A stretch of DNA of 64,000 nucleotides from a virus: the IMG/VR virus record IMGVR_UViG_3300037307_000719, positions 1-64,000 of that record. One strand, written 5' to 3'. The notes under the pieces were generated by a model that searched no databases, was not told where the DNA came from, and was given only the letters and a program-made list of their open reading frames with translations. Of the stretch, positions 15,967 through 22,082 are shown piece by piece; the first letter of the stretch is position 1, and each line of letters opens with the position of its first letter. The position numbers and the translations under genes are program-made.

Positions 15967-16002
15967 GTAAAGCCCGACCGCGCGGGAGGGGCGCGGTCGG
16001 GC
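15967..16002 (-). terminator. Hairpin downstream of the acidic-repeat gene (weak U-tract)
   Basis: 12-bp stem GCCCGACCGCGC / GCGCGGTCGGGC, followed on the minus strand by TTTAC. Confidence 0.5.
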
Positions 16003-16084
16003 CGGGTTACAATCCGGCCCGACCGCCGGAATCCATGCGTTATGGCATGAGGGCAGTAAGCCCGGGGTTGGGGTTGCTGGGGAA

Positions 16085-17077
16085 TCAGGCGGCTTGGGCG
16101 GCCTGGACGGTGGATTCCAACTCGGCGGTTGCCTGATGGAGGAAGGCGACGAGCTTGGTCATGTCCTCGGCATTGAGGTCCATGGCATCGATGAGGGCGG
16201 AGTTCAGGCGATCGACAATGGAGTCGAGGGTGACGGGCGGGGCCGGTGGCGGGGTGGCCGCAGCCTTGGGAGTGGGGGCGGGGGCGGGTCCGCCGACGGT
16301 ACCGGGGCCGTTGATGATGACGGCTTCGGGAGCTTCATCGTCGGCTTCTTCGTCGTCGGCCTCTTCGTCGTCGGCCTCTTCGTCGTCGGCCTCTTCGTCG
16401 TCGGCCTCTTCGTCGTCGGCCTCTTCGTCGTCGGCCTCTTCGTCGTCGGCCTCTTCGTCGTCGGCCTCTTCGTCGTCGGCTTCTTCGTCGTCGGTTTCCG
16501 CGACGGGTGGCGGGGTTGGGTTGGCGGCTTCCTGGGCCTTGATGCGTTCGAGTTCGGCGGCATCGGCGGCTTGTTGGGCGCGGAGTTCCTCCTCTTCCTT
16601 GAGCTTGGCCTCGCGCTCGGCGATGGTCATGCCGTGGTCATGGAGGCAATCCAGCTCGGCGCCGACGGCGGCGGTGTTGCCGGAGAGGAGGATGGTGGCG
16701 AGGGCTTCCGGGGCGAGTTTCACCTTGGACTTACCCTTGAGGATGAGATCCCCGATGCGGGCGGTGCGGAAGGTGATGACGGCGTCGAACTTCTCCTCGG
16801 GGACGTGGCCGGGGACGACCAGGGCGGAGATGAGGTTGGCGACGGTGCGGGCGGAGTGGATGCTTCCCTCGGAAACTCCACGGGACTTCAGCATTCCATA
16901 GACGGTCTGGCCGGCACGGAGTTTGATGCTGTCGAGGTGGTAGATCAGCTTGCCGCGATCCACGAAGGCGCGGTTGATGACCTTGGACTGGGCTGCGATC
17001 TGGTCGGCGGTGGCGGCAGCGGTGAGGCTGGCGACATCGGCGAGCATGAGGCCGGTGGATTTGGTTTTAGCGGACAT
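16085..17077 (-). CDS. Protein with a long acidic (DDEEA)n tract
   Basis: 330 aa. It has a globular N-terminus, a coiled-coil, eleven 15-nt repeat units encoding DDEEA, and a Pro/Ala linker. Confidence 0.85.
   Translation of the reverse strand: MSAKTKSTGLMLADVASLTAAATADQIAAQSKVINRAFVDRGKLIYHLDSIKLRAGQTVYGMLKSRGVSEGSIHSARTVANLISALVVPGHVPEEKFDAVITFRTARIGDLILKGKSKVKLAPEALATILLSGNTAAVGAELDCLHDHGMTIAEREAKLKEEEELRAQQAADAAELERIKAQEAANPTPPPVAETDDEEADDEEADDEEADDEEADDEEADDEEADDEEADDEEADDEEADDEEADDEAPEAVIINGPGTVGGPAPAPTPKAAATPPPAPPVTLDSIVDRLNSALIDAMDLNAEDMTKLVAFLHQATAELESTVQAAQAA
16336..16500. repeat. Tandem 15-bp repeat x11 (CGTCGTCGGCCTCTT), encodes (DDEEA)n on the minus strand
   Basis: Read directly. 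The central nine units are identical. Confidence 0.95.
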
Positions 17078-17252
17078 GGCGGTGGTGGTGGTGTTGTTGT
17101 TTCATGGTTGGGGTTGGATTCTCGGGTGGAGAGGGGGAAGAGTGAGCCGTGGAAGAGTGAAGAGACCCTTGCGCAAGGGTCCGAGGAAACTTGATGACGT
17201 TGCGCGGAGTGCGGACGGGGAAAGGGATGATGTTGGAGATGGGGGCGTTCAT
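17067..17252 (-). CDS. Doubtful small ORF
   Basis: 61-aa ORF whose second half runs through intergenic-type repeats and a palindrome copy. Confidence 0.25.
   Translation of the reverse strand: MNAPISNIIPFPVRTPRNVIKFPRTLAQGSLHSSTAHSSPSPPENPTPTMKQQHHHHRHVR
17166..17179. repeat. Palindrome CCCTTGCGCAAGGG (14/14)
   Basis: Upstream of the start at 17077. Confidence 0.95.
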
Positions 17253-17300
17253 GGACGGCTATGGGAAAGGGGTTGGGGCGGCCCTTGCGGGCCGCGGGGG

Positions 17301-17864
17301 TTAGAAGTTGAGGAGGTGGTTGGCGAGATCAGCGGCGCGGCGGGGCCAGCGGCGGGCGAAGGTGGCGCGGACTTGATCCGGGGTGAGGGTGAGGCCGGAG
17401 GAGACGCGGACCTTGGAAGAGCGATTGGTGAAGGAGTATTCCACGCCGTCGCCATCAGTGACGGTGCGGGTGATGATTTCCACCCGGCGTTTCAGCTCCA
17501 CGGGTTTTCCGGCGTTCGGTCCCTTTTTTGGGATGCGGAATTGTGGGGGCGAGTGGGGGACAAAAAAGGTTTTGACGTCCTCACCCTTGAAAGCGGGCGT
17601 GGTGGAATAGGCGACGACCCATGAGGGCGGTGGAGGGTCTTGCCAGTCGATTACGCTGGATGCGGCGGCCATGGCGGCGAGGAGGTCCGGGTTTGCCAGG
17701 GTGCCCTTGGGTTTCGGGCGGGGGAGAGGCGGGTGCCAGGGGCCGTTTTCGTCCGGGTGGACATTGGCGCGGATCGGGCGGGGCGGGCCGGTGCGGGAAT
17801 ACACGGGCGGGGCCGCTTCATTCAAAATCCGGGCTCTTGCGATGTTGTGGGGATGATGTTTCAT
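17301..17864 (-). CDS. Hypothetical protein
   Basis: Starts MKHHPHNI (ATG 17862-17864), just after a terminator T-run. 187 aa. Confidence 0.7.
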   Translation of the reverse strand: MKHHPHNIARARILNEAAPPVYSRTGPPRPIRANVHPDENGPWHPPLPRPKPKGTLANPDLLAAMAAASSVIDWQDPPPPSWVVAYSTTPAFKGEDVKTFFVPHSPPQFRIPKKGPNAGKPVELKRRVEIITRTVTDGDGVEYSFTNRSSKVRVSSGLTLTPDQVRATFARRWPRRAADLANHLLNF

Positions 17865-17871
17865 GGCTTCA

Positions 17872-17900
17872 CAAAAAAGGGTGAGCGGTTGCCCGCTCAC
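17872..17900 (-). terminator. Rho-independent terminator (minus strand) after the moron gene
   Basis: Stem GTGAGCGG / CCGCTCAC with a GCAA loop on the minus-strand RNA, followed by TTTTTT. Confidence 0.75.
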
Positions 17901-17912
17901 CCTTGCGCAAGG
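17900..17912. repeat. Palindrome copy CCCTTGCGCAAGG (13)
   Basis: Lies between the moron gene stop and its terminator. Confidence 0.9.
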
Positions 17913-17926
17913 TTGCTTTTGATTTG

Positions 17927-18805
17927 TCAGGCTGTGATGTTTTCTGATTGGAAGGATTCCAAGGCGCGCACTAGGTCAAATTGCCAAGGCGCGCTTGAAA
18001 TGCTTTCCGCCCGCAAGGCGATTGCCCCTTGTTTTAGATAGGAGGCAAGCTCCGCCCGCTTTGAGCGTTCTTGCGCCTTGGAAAGGCCGTTGCCGCTTTG
18101 CGTTCGGGTGACAATGGCAATCACCAAGCGGCGGAACCCGTTCGCCTTGGAAACCGCTTTGCGGGATAGGTCCACCCGTTCCATCGCGGCAATGCAAGAT
18201 TCGATTTGTTCCAAGCGTTCCCGCAGGCGTTCCAATCTTTCCGCGTCGGTTTCCTTGTCATATTCTGGCAAGGCCAATTGCGCAAGGGTTGGCTGGGAAT
18301 CCGGTAAAGGCCGCCAACGGCGATTCAAATCAAGCCCCTTGCGGCCTTCCACCATGCGGAAGCATTCGCCAACATCCTCCCGATTCAAGGGGCGGGAAAA
18401 CGCATTGCGCGAGGCTAGCACTAGTCCCACGATGCCGGAAATTTCCGCCTTATCGGTTTCTGATAGGGTGATTGGTTGCCGCTTTCCTCGCTTTGCGCGG
18501 GTTGATTGAGCAATCAGGCAATCAAGGGTTTCCCGCCATGATTGGCCAAGGGGGACCGCAAGGCCGCCCGCGTCGGGATGTCCGCCGCGTGATTGCCGCT
18601 TGTCCCTTGTCCCCGTTAATGATCGGGAAACTAGGTTGGCGACAAATTCAACGGTTGCGAGCGCAATTGCGTTTTCGGTGGATTCCTTGGAAAGGTGAAT
18701 TTCCAAGCGGTTCCGCCAGTATTCCCCGCCGTGATTCTCTGAAAGATTCACGCGTGATGAAAAAGCGGCAAAAGCCGCGTGTGTGTCGTTAGGTTGCGTT
18801 TTCAT
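17927..18805 (-). CDS. Hypothetical protein with foreign codon usage (moron-like)
   Basis: 292 aa. It uses TTG/CTT, GAA, CAA and TCA codons, unlike the CTG/GAG/CAG-rich neighbours. It has its own upstream repeat region and a downstream terminator. Confidence 0.8.
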   Translation of the reverse strand: MKTQPNDTHAAFAAFSSRVNLSENHGGEYWRNRLEIHLSKESTENAIALATVEFVANLVSRSLTGTRDKRQSRGGHPDAGGLAVPLGQSWRETLDCLIAQSTRAKRGKRQPITLSETDKAEISGIVGLVLASRNAFSRPLNREDVGECFRMVEGRKGLDLNRRWRPLPDSQPTLAQLALPEYDKETDAERLERLRERLEQIESCIAAMERVDLSRKAVSKANGFRRLVIAIVTRTQSGNGLSKAQERSKRAELASYLKQGAIALRAESISSAPWQFDLVRALESFQSENITA

Positions 18806-18819
18806 GGCGACGAAAGGCT

Positions 18820-18963
18820 AGCGTTTCCGCTTTCGCTTGTCACCCTTAAAGGGTCGCAAGGCGCAAGGGATTCGCGGTTTTCGTCGGTTTTTTTCGATTT
18901 CCGCGCGGTTTCATAGCGTTTCCCTTGTCACCCTTAAAGGGGCGTAGGGCGCAAGGGATTCGG
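18820..18963. repeat. Two ~45-57-bp direct repeats (iteron/operator-like) upstream of the moron gene
   Basis: AGCGTTTCC..CTTGTCACCCTTAAAGGG.CG.A.GGCGCAAGGGATTCG occurs at 18820-18877 and 18915-18963. Each copy contains the dyad CCCTTAAAGGG and a palindrome half-site GCGCAAGGG. Confidence 0.7.
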
Positions 18964-18973
18964 AAATTTTAGC

Positions 18974-18986
18974 CCCTTGCGCAAGG
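18974..18986. repeat. Palindrome copy CCCTTGCGCAAGG (13)
   Basis: Lies at the upstream edge of the moron island. Confidence 0.9.
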
Positions 18987-19080
18987 TTTCAGAAACCCGG
19001 AAGATCAAGCATAATTATGAATAATTACGTTTGTGTGAAGGTGGTGGAGAGGCGGGGGGTGAGCCTGGTGCCGTCGGTGA

Positions 19081-19124
19081 GGTAAAACTGAAAGGCTGAA
19101 ACGCTGAAATGCTGAAAAAAGAGG
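19081..19124 (+). repeat. GCTGAAAN octamer array (direct)
   Basis: Lies just downstream of the stop of 19129..19398. Confidence 0.85.
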
Positions 19125-19128
19125 AGAT

Positions 19129-19398
19129 TCAGAGGGTGCGCTTTTTTGGGGTAGCCGTCCGGTTGGCCATCCAGTGAGAGGTGGCGAGGAAGTCTTCGGC
19201 ATTGGGGACGATGGAACCGGCGCGCAGGCGAGTGATGAGGTTGTGGTTCGAGCGGATGGTGCGGCGGCCCTGGGTGGTGAGGAAGCGGGCGAGATCCGCG
19301 CGGGAGCCGCGGGCCTCGGTTGCGGCAAGGAACAAGGGGCGCCATCCGTCGAGAAAAGGGGTGTGGGTGAGGCGTTGTTTGCCGGGAGCGGTTTTCAT
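19129..19398 (-). CDS. Hypothetical protein (possible DNA-binding)
   Basis: 89-aa ORF. ATGA overlap at 19395-19398. Confidence 0.65.
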   Translation of the reverse strand: MKTAPGKQRLTHTPFLDGWRPLFLAATEARGSRADLARFLTTQGRRTIRSNHNLITRLRAGSIVPNAEDFLATSHWMANRTATPKKRTL

Positions 19399-19601
19399 GG
19401 AGAGTTGGGGACGTGGGGTTTGATGTTTTGGATGTAGTTTTGGGTGCGTTTGGATTCGAGGCGGTTGAGGCGGAGGTGTTCGAGGCGGTCGGTCTGGGAG
19501 GTGGTGACCGGGAATTGGAGGCGGGTGTAGAGGAAGAGGAGGAGGGACGCGAGCAGGACGAGGAGAAGCCAGAAGGGAGGGTGTTTGTAGCGTTTTTGCA
19601 T
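19395..19601 (-). CDS. Small membrane-anchored protein
   Basis: 68 aa with an N-terminal hydrophobic helix, FWLLLVLLASLLLFLY. Confidence 0.6.
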   Translation of the reverse strand: MQKRYKHPPFWLLLVLLASLLLFLYTRLQFPVTTSQTDRLEHLRLNRLESKRTQNYIQNIKPHVPNSP

Positions 19602-19625
19602 GGGGTGAAGGTAGGGCGGGAGCGG

Positions 19626-19639
19626 CCCTTGCGCAAGGG
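19626..19639. repeat. Palindrome CCCTTGCGCAAGGG (14/14)
   Basis: Lies in the early/late divergent region. Confidence 0.95.
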
Positions 19640-19649
19640 GTTTGTCATC

Positions 19650-19694
19650 TTAAAAGCTGAGATACTGAAATGCTGAAACGCTGAAAAGAAGAGG
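19650..19694 (+). repeat. GCTGAAAN octamer array (direct)
   Basis: Lies in the divergent region between the early and late blocks. Confidence 0.85.
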
Positions 19695-19711
19695 GGATGG
19701 TGCGGCTGTCG

Positions 19712-19716
19712 TTGAC
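19712..19716 (+). promoter_or_regulatory. TTGAC box, 19 nt before ATG 19731
   Basis: TTGACGCGGAGGGCGGGATATG. Confidence 0.6.
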
Positions 19717-19730
19717 GCGGAGGGCGGGAT

Positions 19731-19994
19731 ATGGCGGCGGAGAACTGGATGGAGATTTACCGGAGTTACGAGGCGGCGGAGCTGAATGATGAGATCGCGC
19801 AGTTGAAGAAGGACTTGCGCGGGGCGCTGACGGCTCAGGGGAGCGGGAGTGTGAGTCACCAGCGGGACGTGGTGATGCTGGAGAACCGGCTGCAAGCGGC
19901 GACGCGGGTGAAGAACGAGCGGGCGAACCGAGGCAAGGGGAACGGGATGAAGGGGACGGTGGATTTTTCGAGGAACGGCTGGGGGAGGTTGTGA
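19731..19994 (+). CDS. gpW-like head-tail joining protein (positional call)
   Basis: 87-aa ORF immediately upstream of the portal gene. A TTGAC box lies 19 nt upstream. Confidence 0.6.
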   Translation: MAAENWMEIYRSYEAAELNDEIAQLKKDLRGALTAQGSGSVSHQRDVVMLENRLQAATRVKNERANRGKGNGMKGTVDFSRNGWGRL

Positions 19995-20012
19995 GGAAAA
20001 AGGAGAAAGGAG

Positions 20013-20249
20013 ATGGTGATGCAGGCGTTTTTGGTGGTGGAGCTGGATGTGGACCGTGAGGCGCGGGTGGTGGTGGAGCCTGGGCGGGAGGCGTTGATGA
20101 TGGTGCATGAGGACATGCATTATCCGCTGGAGCAGCCGTGGGCGAGGCCGCCGACGGAGGCGGAGCGGGCGGAGGTGATGGAAAAGATCGGGCGTGGGGA
20201 GATGCGGGTGGTGAAGACGGGGGGTGGACTGACGATTGAGGATTGTTGA
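20013..20249 (+). CDS. Hypothetical protein
   Basis: 78-aa ORF with an AAGGAG Shine-Dalgarno sequence upstream. Confidence 0.55.
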   Translation: MVMQAFLVVELDVDREARVVVEPGREALMMVHEDMHYPLEQPWARPPTEAERAEVMEKIGRGEMRVVKTGGGLTIEDC

Positions 20250-20281
20250 TTTTGGATTTTTGATTGGGGAGATGGGGCGCG

Positions 20282-20286
20282 TTGAC
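20282..20286 (+). promoter_or_regulatory. TTGAC box, 19 nt before ATG 20301
   Basis: TTGACGCCGGGAGGGAGTCATG. Confidence 0.6.
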
Positions 20287-20300
20287 GCCGGGAGGGAGTC

Positions 20301-21992
20301 ATGCCGAAGTTGAATTTTCTGGAGCGGAGTTTGAGTGGAGTGGCTCCGCAGTGGGCGACGGATCATGCGGTGGCGAGGGCGAGGCTGAAGATGTTCGAGG
20401 CGGAGCCGGACTGGGCGAGCAGCTCGGTGAGGGGGAGGGCGGCGACGGCTGGAGACCAGGCGAACTCGGAAAGCTGGAAGAAGCAGCGGGAGCGGATCGA
20501 GGCGATCTGGGAGGGCCGGGCGATGGAGGAGAACCTGTGCGTGATCGCGGGGCTGCTGGACAAGATTTCGATGTACACCATCGGCAACCTGGAATACCGT
20601 CCGCAGACGGGGGACAAGGCGGCGGACCGGGAGTATGCGGATTATTTCCACGAGAAGTGCGGGGAGATCGATGTGACGGGGCGGCACCGGCTGAAAAAGC
20701 TGGCGGAGCTGGCGGTGCGGAGCATGTTCCGGGACGGGGAGTTCGGGTTTGTGGAGAGGCAGGAGGGACTGGACTACAAGCTCCAGGCGATCGAGGGGGA
20801 CCGAATCGGGAACCCGAACCAGCTCTCGCAGGCGGAGGACAACATCGGGGGGATCAAGATCGACATTGGGACGGGGCGGGTGACGGGGTATGAAATCCAC
20901 CGGAGGACGCGGACGAACCAATACCGGCTGGAGGGGACGATCGGGCCGGAGCGGTTCATCCACCTGTTCCGGCCGACGCGCTGCGACCAGTATCACGGGG
21001 TCTCGATTTTGAAGCCGGTGATTCCGCACGCGAAAGACCTCTACGAGTTGTTCGGCTATGAGAAGGTGGCGGCGAAGTTTGCGGCGAGTTTTGCGGGTTT
21101 GTTGAAGTCCGCCGATCCGTTCAGCCCGGACGGGGCAAACACGTGGGATACGCGGGGGACAGGCTCGAAGCTGCCAATGATGCAGGCGCAGGCAGGCACG
21201 CTGCAACGCATCAGCAAGGGGGAGGAAGTGGTGTTCGCGCCGGGGACGCAGCGGCCGAGCGGGGCGTTCATCGCGCTGGTGCAGGCGATTTTCCGTGAGA
21301 TCGCGCTGGGGACGAACCTGCCGTATGGGTTCATCTATGACATGGCGGTGTTTGGCGGGGTGACGGCGCGGCTGGAGACGCAACAGGCGGACCGGGTGTT
21401 CCAGCGTTTCCGGGAGATGCTGGTGGACACGATGCTGGAGCGGGTGAAGCGGAAGGTGCTGCTGGCGGGCATCGCCAAGCGGGAGATCCGGGCGGTGAAG
21501 ATGTGGAACAAGGGGAGCTGGAACTTCGGCGCGAGCCTGACAGGGGACATCGGCCATCAGGTGCAGGCGGACTCGACGATGGTGACCTTCGGGGTGAAGA
21601 CGCGGACGCGCTGGGCGGCGGAGCTGGGCGAGACGTTCGTGGACCTTGCGGACGAGGCGGCGAGCGAGATCGAAACCTTGCAACAGATTTCCGCGGAGCG
21701 GAACATTCCGCTGGAGCTGCTGAATGCGAGCCTGACGAACCCGACGGAGCTGGTGGCGAACCTGGCGAAGGCGCAAGCGGGGATTTCCGACGAGCCGGAG
21801 CCGCCGCCGGGGATGATCGGCCAGATTGGCGACAAGGGGGCGAAGACGGTGATTGATCTGCTGACGGCGGTGGGCCGGGGCGAGATCGACCGCCAGAGCG
21901 CGCGGATGACGCTGATTACGGTTCACGGGATGGAGCCGAGAGCGGCGGAGGCGGTGCTGCCGGACCCGATGAGGAGCCTACCGGCGGGGTAA
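20301..21992 (+). CDS. Portal protein (lambda-type)
   Basis: 563 aa. Position and overall pattern resemble lambda-family portals. TTGAC box plus GGGAGG upstream. Confidence 0.9.
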   Translation: MPKLNFLERSLSGVAPQWATDHAVARARLKMFEAEPDWASSSVRGRAATAGDQANSESWKKQRERIEAIWEGRAMEENLCVIAGLLDKISMYTIGNLEYRPQTGDKAADREYADYFHEKCGEIDVTGRHRLKKLAELAVRSMFRDGEFGFVERQEGLDYKLQAIEGDRIGNPNQLSQAEDNIGGIKIDIGTGRVTGYEIHRRTRTNQYRLEGTIGPERFIHLFRPTRCDQYHGVSILKPVIPHAKDLYELFGYEKVAAKFAASFAGLLKSADPFSPDGANTWDTRGTGSKLPMMQAQAGTLQRISKGEEVVFAPGTQRPSGAFIALVQAIFREIALGTNLPYGFIYDMAVFGGVTARLETQQADRVFQRFREMLVDTMLERVKRKVLLAGIAKREIRAVKMWNKGSWNFGASLTGDIGHQVQADSTMVTFGVKTRTRWAAELGETFVDLADEAASEIETLQQISAERNIPLELLNASLTNPTELVANLAKAQAGISDEPEPPPGMIGQIGDKGAKTVIDLLTAVGRGEIDRQSARMTLITVHGMEPRAAEAVLPDPMRSLPAG

Positions 21993-22051
21993 AAGCTGAA
22001 AAGCTGAAAGGCTGAAAAGCTGAAAGGCTGAAAAGCTGAAAGGCTGAAAGG
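21987..22051 (+). repeat. GCTGAAAN octamer array (direct, 7 units, most regular)
   Basis: The portal stop TAA lies inside GGGTAAAAGC. Units alternate GCTGAAAA and GCTGAAAG. Confidence 0.95.
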
Positions 22052-22063
22052 CCGGGCGCGGCG

Positions 22064-22068
22064 TTGAC
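22064..22068 (+). promoter_or_regulatory. TTGAC box, 19 nt before ATG 22083
   Basis: TTGACTTCCGGTGGCAGGGATG. Confidence 0.6.
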
Positions 22069-22082
22069 TTCCGGTGGCAGGG

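Noticed and set aside
19650-21926. 758-aa minus-strand ORF antisense to the portal gene. Similar long antisense ORFs: 40720..43497 (-), 27177..28997 (-), 38890..40659 (-), 29569..31062 (-), 49803..51518 (+), 60215..61783 (+), 8302..9372 (+), 16094..17194 (+), 57643..58788 (-), 23520..24641 (-).
   Set aside because: They have extreme Arg/Pro/His/Leu or Gly/Val/Glu composition, no motifs, and lie fully antisense to ORFs with clear family signatures. This is the usual stop-poor antisense frame of high-GC DNA.
22074-22082. GTG 22074 as the start of the ligase-headed ORF.
   Set aside because: ATG 22083 sits at the conserved 19-nt distance from the TTGAC box, as in eight other genes.
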